Assembly (NCBI GenBank): GCA_054600435.1
Contig: BAAIJX010000005.1
Location: forward strand, 558,001 to 622,000
Length of the DNA stretch: 64,000 nt
Direction: 5' to 3'
Origin: Neophaeotheca triangularis
Lineage: Eukaryota
Below are positions 1 to 12,891 of this stretch, piece by piece; within the stretch, counting starts at the first letter, position 1; every line of letters begins with the position of its first letter. The notes under the pieces were generated by a model. It had not been told where the DNA came from, made no database searches, and saw nothing but the letters and a program-made list of their open reading frames with translations. The translations under genes and the position numbers were made by a program.

Positions 1-55
1 TTGCGCAGCGAGAGCTTACCTCGGAAGCTGTATCGCGCAAGGTGCATGCCGTATC

Positions 56-862
56 ATGTGTAAGGGACTGCTCATCTCTGCTTTCGCACGGCACTTGACT
101 CTCGAAGGGGGGACATGTAGTGCGCTCGAGGGCTTCCAACGACTCCAAAGTCTGACGTTGCAGTTCACCACACGAATTCTTCTGCCATTTCCAGGTTTCG
201 AGTTTGCAGGAGCTACTGCGAGGTTTCAGGCGTGCTTACGGTCACATGACGGGATTCGGAGTCAACAAGAGATGGAAGAAGGACATCATCATGGTGTGTC
301 GGGCGTTTTGAGGCTACGCGGCGTCCCAAAAGTCAAATTCGTCTGGGCCGATTGCCAATACTGCAGCCGTAAGGTCGGAGGTAACAAGGACAGTTGCATG
401 GCCAACCGAGCAACTTTCGAAGAGCTCGTTCGAAGCCGCATCACACAGCCCGCTAGCAACCATATGAGATACGGTGGCACCAAATTTCGGTTTGGTCTTG
501 CCGACAAACCCGAAGAGATCACGATTGCCGAAGAGGCAGAGGATCCGCTTTATGCAGGTTCTGCTGTCTCCTGGTGCACATCCAAAAGCAATTGCCTCGT
601 AACAGGACCGGGTCGCAAGCGCAAACTGGCGACGCACCTCGCGAAGCCGGTTTGTGAAGACCCTATCGACGAACTCGTCCTCGGCACGCTTGATCTGCAA
701 TTGGACGACGCTATGGATTGCGAGGTTTCAAAGCGTGAAGAGGGCAACTCGAAGAGGCAGAGAGTCGGATCGGGCGACTTTCGGGCAAGGGGCCGGAGAC
801 AATTCAGAGCTCGTACTGCATTCGTACAGCGCAAAGCTACGTTCGTCAAGAAACAATTGTAG
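56..862 (+). CDS. Possible hypothetical protein (true start and exon structure unclear)
   Basis: 268-codon ORF with no recognisable domain; may be partly spurious. Confidence 0.2.
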   Translation: MCKGLLISAFARHLTLEGGTCSALEGFQRLQSLTLQFTTRILLPFPGFEFAGATARFQACLRSHDGIRSQQEMEEGHHHGVSGVLRLRGVPKVKFVWADCQYCSRKVGGNKDSCMANRATFEELVRSRITQPASNHMRYGGTKFRFGLADKPEEITIAEEAEDPLYAGSAVSWCTSKSNCLVTGPGRKRKLATHLAKPVCEDPIDELVLGTLDLQLDDAMDCEVSKREEGNSKRQRVGSGDFRARGRRQFRARTAFVQRKATFVKKQL

Positions 863-2133
863 CGCTTGCCTTCTGCGTTGTGGGTGTAGGATGGATAGAC
901 TAGGATTCCTGGAGGCGCGTGGGGCGGTGGGGTGGATATCTATTCGACTTAGCTCAGCGGCGAGCGAATAGCGGATGGAAACTCGGGGTCATCACCTGTG
1001 GAGCTCACACATGGTTTTGCAGATGTACAGGAGCGGCGGACAGAGTATAAAAGGAGGAGAGATGCCTGCTCGTATGCGTTCGGGGTTTCGAAGATCTGTC
1101 GCTGGTTGATTGCACCGAGCAAGACTTTTCCGCTCGCAATGATGTGCTCTTGCAGTTATCAAATTATCCCAGTATTCGAATTGGTAATCCTTTCGTTGCA
1201 CAGCGCTCTGCATTCTCTACCACAATGCAGCCAAAAGCCATGCTGCAACTGTAACCCTTTGTGCCAGTGCAGCTCGCCATGTCGTTCGTTGTCTCAGGTG
1301 CGGCAAAGAAAACCTTGGGGTCTCCGGCCAAAGCCCTTTGTCCGAATCTCGTAGCATCAAACATGACTGCTGCCTCGATATGATGACGTCCACGTAAAAG
1401 CTCTTGCGCAGGTCTTTGGGTTCCCAGTGGTCGCTTCTAGGTGTTGAATCGTCCGTTGAAATCGATATGTACCCCCAGATGGCACCGAGTATATTCTTGT
1501 GTTGTTTGCAAAGCACCACCTTGAGCTCTTCTACCTTTTGTATAACCAGTGGACGATATTGATACGAATGCGTGCTCTGTACCATGTTTCCCTGCTGCAT
1601 CCCAGGCGCCGAGTCACTGAGGTCTGCGGACTGGTCGCCCCTCGCCCATCCTCAGCACACCTCACCACGCCTCAAACCCCTCATTATCGTACTTCACCCT
1701 CTCTCCATCGTGCCTCCTTGCCCCGCTCCCGGTACTCTGCGATAAGGGATCCTGGGCAACTATCGCGGGAGGGTGTATTCCGAGTCCCGCTTCCTCCCTA
1801 CCAGATTCACGCGCAACATGACAAGCCGACGCCTTCAACATCTTCAACTTGCATCTAACCATCCAACCTCCTGAACATAACCACAACCACACCCTGCTCT
1901 CCTTCACATCTCCACACCCACCATCGCGCGCTGCTATTCTTCACATAGCGTGAAAAACACGTTTAGTTCAGTCTTCAACATGTATGCATTTTGACACGTC
2001 CAATGCCCGCAGCGCGATCCAACGCCCACGGCGCGACACTGACAATCTGTAGCGCGGTTTGACCGCTCTCCCGGGACGCGAAGACTCGCACGCGACATCC
2101 ATCGGACCTCCGACAGCAAAGAAGCAACGCGCA

Positions 2134-3372
2134 ATGTCCTACGAACCCAAGCCGAGTGGCTGGTGCAAGTACAAACGTGAAGATGCCGAAGCCGCCTTCG
2201 AGTCGAGTGCAAAGGCCCCGAACATCTCCGACCGCCCAGCCGTTACCCGCACCCTCTCCTTGCCCGTCAGAACAAGAGAGGTCAAGCGGCCCAATCGCAA
2301 GAAGCGCAAAGCTTCCGAGGACCCCGAGATGGCCGCATACCAAAAGATTCAGGAGGAGCAGCGTGCGTTGAAAGCAGCGCGTCTCTACAAGAAGCGCATG
2401 CTTTCAGACAACCCGCCCAAAACCCTACTCGATCTTCCACAAGAACTCCTCGACATGATATTCAAAATGGCCTTCAAAGCCATGCCCGGCGTCAAGATAA
2501 TTCGACATCGGGAATATGCCGACCTCAAAACCGAAAAAGCCTGCGACTGGAGGGTTACGTATCCGGAGCTCGCTTGGTCGAATGAGTGGAAGGTGGAGGA
2601 GTGGATGGTCAGCAAGAGTTTCTTTGCAATGGCGACAAAGGGCTACTTCGATGCCAACTGGGTCCGCGGGCCTCACATCCACAGCCTGGTCGCCTCACGG
2701 TTCTCTATGGTTAGGGCTTTGGCGCGCCACATCGATAAGAAGTTCGAGGATGTGGCCAATCGCTACGCCCTGTCTTATGACAAGGTCAAGTCTCTGCGCA
2801 TTGAGATGGGACTCCGCGACTGTCTCAGCATCACGATCCATTCACCCACCTTCAGCAAGAGGACCGAGAGTGACTTCGACCGGTTGATCGAAGACGGAGG
2901 CCTGATGAGACTCCAAGATCTTCGGGCCGTCGAAGTCGTGTTACTCAAGGAGAAGCCCGAACACGTCTGGAGCGACTTCAACAATCCCGCCTTGGAAGTG
3001 TGCAAGGATCTCGAGGCTTATCTCCAAAGACGCATTCTCAGGATCAGAGGGCCTTTCCTCCCTGGGGAAGAGTCTGACCGTCTGTACCCTGGCTCCCAGG
3101 TGGCTCGCTTGCCGCTTCCCCAGGTCTCTGTCGCGACATCGCACCCATTTGTCGAAGGAAACGCTCTTGCACTGCATGGCATGAAGACGGGTAGACTGCC
3201 CACAAAGGCAGACCTCAGGTGGCGGGCCTACGAGCAAAGTAAGCAGAAGAAGGCGCAAGAGCTCGCTCGGGCAAAGGAAGATGTTCCCACAGCACAGAAT
3301 GGCGGTCTGGTGGCTAGCGTCACCGGCAGCTTCTACGACCTCTTGGTGCTAGTTGGGATGAAGCAGCAATGA
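2134..3372 (+). CDS. Hypothetical protein with F-box-like motif
   Basis: Long ORF containing TLLDLPQELLDMIFKMAF, a typical fungal F-box-like motif, and a basic NLS-like RPNRKKRK. First ATG is at 2134; a probable 5'UTR intron lies at 1982-2052 (GTATGC...CTGAC...TAG). Confidence 0.65.
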   Translation: MSYEPKPSGWCKYKREDAEAAFESSAKAPNISDRPAVTRTLSLPVRTREVKRPNRKKRKASEDPEMAAYQKIQEEQRALKAARLYKKRMLSDNPPKTLLDLPQELLDMIFKMAFKAMPGVKIIRHREYADLKTEKACDWRVTYPELAWSNEWKVEEWMVSKSFFAMATKGYFDANWVRGPHIHSLVASRFSMVRALARHIDKKFEDVANRYALSYDKVKSLRIEMGLRDCLSITIHSPTFSKRTESDFDRLIEDGGLMRLQDLRAVEVVLLKEKPEHVWSDFNNPALEVCKDLEAYLQRRILRIRGPFLPGEESDRLYPGSQVARLPLPQVSVATSHPFVEGNALALHGMKTGRLPTKADLRWRAYEQSKQKKAQELARAKEDVPTAQNGGLVASVTGSFYDLLVLVGMKQQ

Positions 3373-4196
3373 GCCCTCGACTGTGCCCAGAAAGGTACAC
3401 TGGGAAAGTAGCGGGGCTGAAGCCTTCGGTCAAACGGTCTCGCAGGTGAGATTCTGGAGTCATCTAGAGTTACGAGGTCTGATCGCGGGCAACAGAGCCC
3501 AGTCCATATGGCATTAGCGTTGGTTGCGAGGCCGAAGCGCGGGGTTCTTTTATCTTCTGGGGGCTTCCGGTATTATGGTTGCAGGGGGCTTCGACTAATC
3601 CCAGTCCGCCTGTTGTTTTCCGAGCGATCCAGTCGCATTGAACAGGGCGTTGGATGGCGCATCTACCTTTGTTTCCAAAGCCAGGAACAGATCGTCGGCG
3701 AGACGTCTCTTTGTTATTTCTCGTGGGGCGGATTGACGGTTTCGCAAAAGACTTGCGAGATTGGTTCTCATCTTCATATTGCGCTATGAGATCACTCCAT
3801 CGTACGCTATAAAACTGTAGCCGTATGAATCTTCGAGAGCACGGAAAAGCCGTCACATCGTGGCATTCTGTGAACTATGACCGCGAATCACAACATCTCT
3901 ACTCAAGGGCTCGCAGGCGAGTATGATCAATGGAGAACACAGTATCACAGTATAGAAGTAGGCCTGAGTGAAGGACGAGGTAAGACTGAGGTTGCCATGA
4001 GGTGAGGTCGGAGCAGCCGATGTGGCTTCCCCGTGCCCTGTCGTCACCCCCCGTGGCTGATGGCTTGGCGGTAGTAGCCACGCGAGACCGAGACGCCCGG
4101 AGCTGTCGACGACTGGCACCAACTTTCCCCCCCTTCCCTCCACCATATCAATTGTTTCGCCGCAAAACTGCATCGCGGCACTTCTCCAACTTCATC

Positions 4197-7100
4197 ATGT
4201 TCTCCGGGTCGTCGAGTTACCTAGGCGGCGGCAACACCGGACGCGCTGGACCGCAGCAGTACGGCCAGCAGCAGCAGCAGCAGCAGCAACCACAACAGAC
4301 CTTCCAAGGGAACCCTTCACCGTTCTCTGCCCAGCCTACAGGGTATCAGCAACAAGCTCCGCTTCAGTCGCAATACACCGGATACCCAGCGGGTGGCCTC
4401 CAGCCCCAAGCCACCGGGTTCCCCGGCCAGCAGCTCCAGCAGCAGCATGGCCAGCAACAATACGGGAGTGGCCTTCAAGCCCAGCAGACTGGATTCCAGC
4501 AACCGCAACCAACTGGCTTTCAACAGCAGCAGCCACAGCAGCCTCAACCGACGGGAATGGGAGGTATGGGGTTTCAGAGTCAAGGCCAGCAAAGCTCCCT
4601 GCAACCTCCAGCACAACCACAACGTCCCCAGCAAACTGGTATGACCAGCTCCGACGTCGCCAACAGCTTCCGCGCATCTCCAGGCCCCTCCGCAGCGCCA
4701 TCAGCTCCACAGCGTTCAGGAGGGGGGAAGATACCAAGCATCAGGCTAAGCTTCATAACTGCGCAAGACCAGGAAAAGTTCGAGCAGCTTTTCAAGAGCG
4801 CTGTGGGAAATGATCAATCATTGAGCGGTGACAAAGCGAAAGACTTGCTGCTAAGGAGCAAGTTGGACGGCAATAGCTTGGCGCAAATATGGACACTCTC
4901 AGATACGACCAAGTCCGGACAGTTACTCTTCCCGGAATTCGCGTTGTCCATGTACCTGTGCAATCTGCGGCTCACTGGTAAAGAATTGCCCTCGAGTCTA
5001 CCAGAGAGCATCCGCAATGAGGTTTCAAGCATGGTAGATATCATCTCATTCGGAGTGCCAGACGATGCTCCTCCTCAGGCTCCAAGCACGAATGCGCCCA
5101 GCTTCAACGAGCCGCCCAAATCCAGCACCCCGACGATTCAACAGCCGCAGGCTCAGAGTGCAAATAACCAGCAATTACTGTCGCAGCTGACGTCGCAGCC
5201 CACTGGCTACCAATTCCCACAACAGACAGGTTTCCAATCTCAACAGACTGGCTTCCAAGGTAACATGCCACAGGCGACAGGCTACAATGGGCCTCGCCCA
5301 CCAATGCCTCCGATGCCCACAGGCTTCGGTCAGGGCCCTTCTCCACAACAAGGACTATCTCCTCAGCAGACCGGCTACCCGATGGCTCAGCCGCTGAATG
5401 CGCAGCCAACTGGTGTCGCCGGCCAATGGGGTCTTGTTAATGCGCCTTCAACCGGTTTGCCCAATTTGCAAGCACTACAACAGCAGATGATGCCTCAACA
5501 AGGCCGCGAATCAGGTTTCACCACCCAAGGCCTTTCGGGCAATGCTCAGGTGCCATGGGCTGTCACTAAAGATGAGAAGAAGATTTATGACGATATGTTC
5601 AAGGCTTGGGATGGCTTTGGCAAAGGCTATATTTCAGGTGCTCAGGCCATTGAGATCTTTGGTCAATCTGGCTTGGAGAAGCCAGACTTGGAGAAAATTT
5701 GGACTTTGTCAGACCCGAACAACAAAGGACGGCTCAACCTGGACGAGTTTGCGGTCGCTATGCACTTGATATACCGCCGTTTGAACGGCTATCCAGTGCC
5801 CAACTCTCTTCCTGCCGAGCTTATCCCCCCTTCGACTCGTAACCTGGACCACAGCATCGGAACCATGAAGAACCTACTATCTCAAGACGCGCAGCAGCGC
5901 AAGTCAACTGGCGCTTTCCTTCAACCGCAGAAGACAGGCGTGTCGTACCTCAAGTCTCACTCTTTCCGCGCGAACGGTAGTTCTTCTCCCACCAGCGGTC
6001 GTAAAGACGCCACCGTTTTCAAAAACAATGACGACGATGTCGGTTACCGTTCGTCTGCTCGTCGCAGGATGGGAGATGGTGGCCGCAGCCCCAGCCCAGC
6101 TCTCAGTGATAACAGCAACAAAACAAGCCCGGATGAAATGAGCGTCGATCAGCTACGCAAGACCATCCGCGAGAAGCAGGTACTCCTCGACGCTATGGAT
6201 TTTGAGGACGAAGGTAAGATTGACGAAGAAGATGCTCTGGATTGCAAAGACCGCAAGGAGAGCGAAGAGTTGTTTAGGCGCATCAGAAGGATACAGGAGG
6301 ACGTTGATAGTCATCCCAACTCGATGTATAAAACAGGGGACAGCGACGCCGAGAGACGGTCCATGCAACGGCAGCTGCGTACATTGTCCGATCAACTGCC
6401 GGAGCTTGCAAGCCATGTCAGAAAGTGCGAGCGTGCGATTGCTGATGCTCAGCTTGAGCTTTTCCGAGCGAAGGATGCCAAGGCCAACCCGTCGTCTGCC
6501 GCCGCTATCGTAGGAACTGGACCCGGAGGCGCTGTCACCGAGTCTGATCGCCTGAAGGCCCGTGCAAAGGCCATGATGCAGCAACGCTCTGCGGCCTTGT
6601 CCGGGAAGAAGGTGGACACAGGCGACGATGGTACTGCCGCGGCTCAGAGGCTGGAAGAGGAGAACCGTAGGGTTGCACGCGAAAGAGAAGAGAACGAGCG
6701 GATGGTTCGAGACGTTGAAGAAAGCGTTGCCGAGTACACCAAGTCACTCGAGTCTGGCCTCAAGGAAGGTGGCGAAAGTGCCAGCGATGAGCATGAGAGG
6801 CGACGCTGGGACGAAGGCCTCGGCGTCGAAGATGAAGTAAAGGATTTCATCTTCGACCTGCAGCGCAGTTCGAGATCTGCTCGACTACGAAATGAAGAGA
6901 AGTCTCGTCCCCGTGCAGCCGAGCGTGCAGTGCAAGAAGACAGCCGGACTACCAGCGCTAGTCGAACGGAAAGTCCGGCAGCCTCTCGCCCCTCTGCTGC
7001 CTCACCGCCCCCTCAGGCAAGCGGCGGCTCTTACTCGACCTACAAGACTGCCGAGGAGCGAGCGGCCTTCATCAAGCAACAAGCTGAGCAACGAATGGCG

Positions 7101-8523
7101 GAGCGCCTTGCCGCTCTTGGGCTCAAAGCACCTGGAAAGTCAGGTGGCGAATCTGCCGCTCAGCGTTCTGAACGCGAGCGCAAAGAACGGGAAGACAAGG
7201 TCCGCCAGGCGGAGGAAGAAGACGCTCGCCGTGAACAGGAGAGGCAACAGAGACTGCAAGGCGAGTCGATCGCCCCTCCTTCGCCTAATGCCAGCAAAGC
7301 CAAACCGAAGCCTCCGGCGCCGGCACCAAGGAAAAACCGAAGCGAGAGCTTGCAGAGCGACCAGAGCCAACAGAAGGCGCAAATCAAAGAAGACGCACTG
7401 AAAGAGCAGCAGGAGGCTATGGCTAGCGAGACGAAGGACCTAGAGTATGCACTACACCTGTCAACGCGGATGATCCAAGTCTGCTAACACACTTTCAAGG
7501 GACGAAGAAGCACGTCAAGAGCAAGAGCTCAAGAGGCAACAAGAAGAAGCTCAGGCGTCCTTGAAGGCCTTGGAAGAGCAAGTCAAGGCTGGAAAGGTCA
7601 AGAAGGCTGAGGAGAAGAGACGTCGTGAGGCCACGAGAAAAGAAGCGTCCGAACGGGAATCACGACTGGCGGCGCAAAGGGCAGAGATCGAGGCTGCTAA
7701 AGAGCGTGAAAGGCAGCTCCGGGCGCAGCTAGAAAACGATGACTCTAGTGATGACGAGGACGAAGGCCAGCGCATCACCCCCGATGAGAGCACTCCCACT
7801 GCAAGCACCGAACTCAGCAAGGACTCTGCACCTGCCGAGACCTCACCGCCGCCTGCACCACCAATGCCTACCGTGACCAGCCCGCCAGCTTCCTCGGTCA
7901 CCAGCCCACCAGAGGAGAGCAAGAACCCCTTCTTTAAGAGCATGAATCAGCCTCCCTCTGCGGCCGGCACTCCTTCCATCACCTCACCAAACGCGGAAAA
8001 GAAGGACAACAACCCCTTCCACCGCCCGTCGCAATCGCAATCTCAGCCACAAGCACTCCCCGACCCAGCGCCAGCGCCGAGTCGATCCCGCAGCAAGCCA
8101 GCCGATGAAGACGACTGGTCCGTCGTCGAGTCCGACGACTCTTCCGACGACGAAGAAGCGGATAAGCCCCAAGGCGGTTCCGCCAAGCAACTCGCCTCCA
8201 TCCTCTTCGGCACCATGGGCCCACCACGCCCGCTCTCTGCGAACGAGAACAAGAGCTCTTCGCCCAGTGTGCCTGCCGCCCCACCCATGCCTAGTGATGG
8301 TGCCCCGCCGCCACCGCCAATGCCCGAAGGTGGTGCCCCGCCGCCTCCTCCCCCGATGCCTCCAGGTGACGGACCGCCTCCCCCACCGCCAATGCCTGTC
8401 GCGCCCTCTGGACCGCCTCCCGATCGTAGTGTGTTGCTGGGACAGATTCAGGCGGGTAAGGGTTTGAAGAAGACGCAGACGAAGGATAGAAGTCAGGCTC
8501 CTACTGCTGGGAGGGTTTTGTAG
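4197..8523 (+). CDS. PAN1: Actin cytoskeleton-regulatory complex protein Pan1
   Basis: QxTG repeats, two EH domains ([37 protein letters not shown]), coiled coil, Pro-rich tail and C-terminal WH2 ([14 protein letters not shown]). Intron 7445-7499 joins the two ORFs in frame. Confidence 0.95.
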
Positions 8524-9902
8524 AGTCTGGTAGAGAGAGAGGGATGGTGAGTCTGGATCTCGGTTTGAGGGTTTTGGGGACAAAGATGGGTACTTCCGAG
8601 ACGAGCACGGATTAGAAAGTTCGGTAGATGCTGTGTAAGTAGATAATATCAATACTGAGTACAGAAGGTCTTAAAAGAATGTCCGCTGCTTCACACAATC
8701 TCACATACCGACGAGTCTGGACGTCACGTCGGCGTCTGTACACGTAGTTATTGCTTGCCTAAACTTCTTTGCCTACGGCCCTACACTTCCTTCACCCGAT
8801 GCGAGTCACAACAAAGCTGAGTACTTCTGACTGGTTGAGTGGCGAGTAGGCGCAGGAAAAAGACTGTTAAAAAAAAGGCTGCAAAGAGTAAAAAGAAACT
8901 CCCAGAGAAGAAACCACTTAATCGGTAAATCCGATACCTTGATTTATTAAAGGCTGGTTTGTCTTTTTGGTTATCCATTTCCTAGCTCTTGCTATGTTGT
9001 GCATGATTCGAACACACACACTTTGGTAGACGCGGTAGGCGAGGTGGTTGTCTGTATTAAGTCAGTGCGAGATCTACTGAGAAAGGAGTGAGAGGGCGAA
9101 TGTACCGTTGCGACATTGTTGGCGGGGATTCCTGGTGAAGGTTGGCCGGGGTTTACATTTATAGGCTCATAGGCTTAAGAGGGGAAAAGTGAGGTTTGGT
9201 GCACCAGGATGCTAGAGTCCCCTTGGGAGGAGGGGCGGAAGCAGCGGATGGTGGGAACGGGGCGCTCTAACCGTTGTCATTTTACACCCAGGAGGTCATT
9301 GATTCCAAAGTTGATTTCTAATGAATTGTACAGATAGTTTACTATTCTCATGCATGCACGCCAACGTGCAGTGAGCGTGCTGTTGGAAGTGGGCATAGCT
9401 ACGCAAACTGCTGGACTCGGCAGCTTGGTGGTTTGGTGCATAGACATGGCTCTGTATAGGCTGCAGTGGTGCATGTTCCCTGTTTCATCCCCCAAGCCGC
9501 GCCCGCGCTAACTGATAGATGGATTTCAGATTCCGGGGCTCTGTCCGGAGATGGAGGCCACGATCGGCAGCGCTCCAAGATTGGACAACCTGACCGATGC
9601 GTCTCTGGGCGACGTAGGCCTTCTTTTGAGGGAATGATAGCCCGCCGAGAGATGGAAATTCAACCCTGAGCTAGCATCGAAGCATCAAAGCCAGCGCCAT
9701 CCGAGCGCCATTCGAGCGCCCTCTTGACTTCTGGGCTAGATTGAGGCTTCGCTACCGTTATGCTCCGGCTGTAGAGACGTTTACCCTCAGCTTTGCATGC
9801 TAGTAGTCCGTTTCGCCGAACTCCACTTTCGGCTTCGGCCTGGTGGTTCGTAGTACTGTCTTGTGAAGTCATGTTGCAAGTCTCGACGCTCTTTCACCGC
9901 TT

Positions 9903-10625
9903 TCATAAATCCGGGGGCAAATGCATCTTGAACTTTTTGTTCGCTCGGTCTGGTGCCCTGTTCTGGAAACTCTCGCCTAGTATCTCAAACACGAGCGGTT
10001 TCTTCTCCTCCGCCTTCCCATTAATCTCCCCCTCCTTCACCTCAGCCTCAGCCCAAGGAATCTCAACCCTGAACACTGTTCCCTCCTTCGGAATAGTCTT
10101 CACAATGTCTTTTGGCATCACAATCTCGAACGTGAACTTCGTATCCTTGACCACGATTCCCTTCAGGCCCACTCTGCTAACACAACCACTCCTCACTACC
10201 TCCACAAGCGCCCCGTGATAGTCCGCGCTAACCAAGATCTGCCCACTTCCAGCAGCATCCACATAGCATCTTCGACCGACCGACAACCCGAGGACGTCGC
10301 GCATGTACGAGCACCACATGCGATGCAAGGGCTCGTAAATCGCATACTTCTGCTGCGATTTCGGTATTTCGTATATGCAGAGTGCTCGTTTTTGCTTTGC
10401 GGAGAGGGGCTTGGGTTTCCGAAATTTGTTCCGGACCTTCTCCTTTTTCATGCGCTCATATTGGCGACGAGAGCGGTCGTTTTGGGATGGGTCAGGTGAG
10501 CTTGGGCGGAGGAGTAGCGGGCGTTGCTTCACTCGTTCGCGGTGGATGGACTCGGCAATTGGGGGCGAGTGTGCTCGGTTGAGCAGTGACTGCGCAATAT
10601 TCTCTTTCGCTGGCTCGGACGCCAT
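9903..10625 (-). CDS. POP4: RNase P/MRP subunit p29 (Pop4)
   Basis: Motifs YEPLHRMWCSYM, ADYHGALVEVVRSGCVSRVGLKGIVVKDTKFTF, IPKEGTVF and RAPDRANKKFK; likely ATG at 10625. Confidence 0.9.
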   Translation of the reverse strand: MASEPAKENIAQSLLNRAHSPPIAESIHRERVKQRPLLLRPSSPDPSQNDRSRRQYERMKKEKVRNKFRKPKPLSAKQKRALCIYEIPKSQQKYAIYEPLHRMWCSYMRDVLGLSVGRRCYVDAAGSGQILVSADYHGALVEVVRSGCVSRVGLKGIVVKDTKFTFEIVMPKDIVKTIPKEGTVFRVEIPWAEAEVKEGEINGKAEEKKPLVFEILGESFQNRAPDRANKKFKMHLPPDL

Positions 10626-10859
10626 GATTAGGTTGTCTTTGTTACATTGTGGACATGGGCCGCGAAAAGAGCTGCTTGCAAGCCAAAGTTGAGATGAAGT
10701 CGGCCGGTCATTTGCTGCGGATGCTGCCGACCGAGGTATCCACATTCCTTTAGAACGACCTCACTGCCTTAACAATACTGGATGCTACCTTACCGATCTC
10801 AGAGCTAATTAAGAATAAGAATAAGATTGACTGAAGAGCAGCTTCACTTTTCAATTCGA

Positions 10860-11642
10860 ATGCTGCCGCTTTTGCTCCGAACAAGACTCGCCACCTCCCT
10901 CGTTGCTGGGCGTGCCGTCCGATCATCCACACCGATAGTCAATATGTCAACTTCGCAGTCATCACGACACATACTGAATCCCAGCGGCACCAACAATACT
11001 GGTCAGGCTGAGCAGTACACCAAAGGCTCGCTCGACGCCGCTCAACTCGACGCTAACCCAGTAAAACAATTCGACATCTGGTTCAAACACGCCCAAGCCG
11101 AGAATGTCCATCAACCGGAGACTGTCACGCTTGCGACCGCCGAGCTGCCATCCGGAAGGGTGTCAGCACGTATGGTGTACCTGAAGGAAGTGGATGAGCA
11201 AGGCTTCGTCATCTACTCCAACTGGGGCACTTCCCGCAAATCGGCAGATGTGGCGAGCAATCCTCACGCGGCGCTGACGTTCTGGTGGCATGAGCTCGAG
11301 CGTCAGGTCCGTGTCGAGGGACCGTGTGAGCGCATGACCAGCGAAGAGTCGCAAGTCTACTACGACACTCGTATTCGGGGTAGCAGATTGGGTGCTTGGG
11401 CTAGCCAGCAGAGTCAAGTGCTCAGAGATCGGGGTGAGCTCGAGCAGAGGGTCGATGATGTCGAGAAGAAATTTGAAGGGCAGGAGAAGATTCCTGTGCC
11501 GGAGTTCTGGGGAGGTCTGAGGGTCAAGCCCGAGACTATTGAGTTTTGGCAGGGAAGACCAAGCAGGCTGCACGACCGCTTCCAATACGTAAGGGATGGG
11601 AAGGATGAGTCTGGGTGGAAGATGCAGAGGCTGAGCCCGTAA
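10860..11642 (+). CDS. PDX3: Pyridoxamine 5'-phosphate oxidase
   Basis: Motifs SARMVYLK, RQVRVEG, SRLGAWASQQS and EFWQGRPSRLHDR, ending RLSP. Confidence 0.95.
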   Translation: MLPLLLRTRLATSLVAGRAVRSSTPIVNMSTSQSSRHILNPSGTNNTGQAEQYTKGSLDAAQLDANPVKQFDIWFKHAQAENVHQPETVTLATAELPSGRVSARMVYLKEVDEQGFVIYSNWGTSRKSADVASNPHAALTFWWHELERQVRVEGPCERMTSEESQVYYDTRIRGSRLGAWASQQSQVLRDRGELEQRVDDVEKKFEGQEKIPVPEFWGGLRVKPETIEFWQGRPSRLHDRFQYVRDGKDESGWKMQRLSP

Positions 11643-12087
11643 GGAGAAGATGACTGTCGTTCGTTGCTGGGCCATGGAAGAACTCTGCTCCTCATTTATC
11701 ATCTTGGTGCATCGGAAGGTCCACCAAGTGAGCATCACCTGACAATCATTCAAATATTCGCTTCCACTTTCACCTTTCCAATCCTTCTCAGGCCGGTGGA
11801 TCATCGTTATTGGACCGGACATCCTTCTTGCAGACCCCCGCGCTCTTTACCTTATCGGTGAGCGCAGGCTTACGCACCAAGCCTATCGGAAACCGAGCCC
11901 TCGTGACAGAGTAAACGTCAGAAGTACCCTTGGACTCTTATATCACTACACACTTCACTGAATGGCACCTAGGGAGCTGGCAAATGAAACAAAGATCCGT
12001 AACAACGTATTGCATTTGGCTACTTCTACAATATCGAATCGCAAAACCCACCACCCAAACGCCTCCCGACACCCACCTCAGAGCAAT

Positions 12088-12891
12088 CTACTCGTAATTG
12101 ATCGTCTCCGCTGAGTCCACACAAGCAAGATGCACGACATACGCCATAAAGGTATTGGCATACGGCAGCAAGTCCCCGGCGTCGACACAGCCCCTCAGAG
12201 TCTCTCGCAAGCTATCAGTGTCGGTCTTCTCAGGCGACGCCGCAATAGCCCTGCAAATTTGCTTCACAATGTTCTGCCACCTACCCGCAAGGATCATCTC
12301 ATCGGTGGGTACCCAATGTTCCATGAAGATGGTTCCTTCATCGTCCGGACCGAAGTCCAGAGAGATAAAGGGCCAGAGCATGTTTCCCATGGCCATGAGA
12401 GGGAGACCGAGCTTGGGCACCGGGAGGGTGAGTTCCATGAAACGGCTTGCTTGTGAAGGGTCCATGGCGTATTCGGCAGCTTCCTTGCATTTGTCTTTCA
12501 GATTTTGGGCAAACCAGGTGCTCCGGCAGGTCTCGTCATCGACGGGGATGCCAAAGGTGTAGAACTTGGCGTCGGGAAAGAAGATCTTCGCGTCGTTCCA
12601 GACCCATTCGAAGTAGCCTTCGAACTCTAGTTCTGGGCATTCGAATTCGGGGGCGGGCTTGTTGAAGACGGCGGCGCGACAATTGGGGCACTTGTTGTTC
12701 GCGTCTGTTAGCAGCCAGTCGCAGATGCATGTGGAGCAGAAGGTGTGCTTACAGCCTGAGAGCTTGAGCGGGATGTCTGTAGTCAGTAGCTCGCGGCAGA
12801 TGGGGCATTCCGAGTCGTCTCGGGGGTCGGGGTACTCGAGGCTTCTCTCCAGGGAGAGCTGTTCGTGGATCCACTCGGCACGGGACTGCAT
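12088..12891 (-). CDS. RING-finger (C3HC4-type) protein, lineage-specific
   Basis: CPIC...CKHTFCSTCICDW...CPNCR near the N-terminus. Confidence 0.8.
   Translation of the reverse strand: MQSRAEWIHEQLSLERSLEYPDPRDDSECPICRELLTTDIPLKLSGCKHTFCSTCICDWLLTDANNKCPNCRAAVFNKPAPEFECPELEFEGYFEWVWNDAKIFFPDAKFYTFGIPVDDETCRSTWFAQNLKDKCKEAAEYAMDPSQASRFMELTLPVPKLGLPLMAMGNMLWPFISLDFGPDDEGTIFMEHWVPTDEMILAGRWQNIVKQICRAIAASPEKTDTDSLRETLRGCVDAGDLLPYANTFMAYVVHLACVDSAETINYE

Noticed and set aside
8860..8980. A-rich, Lys-coding-like fragment as a possible transposon relic
   Set aside because: Too short, with no terminal repeats or recognisable domain.
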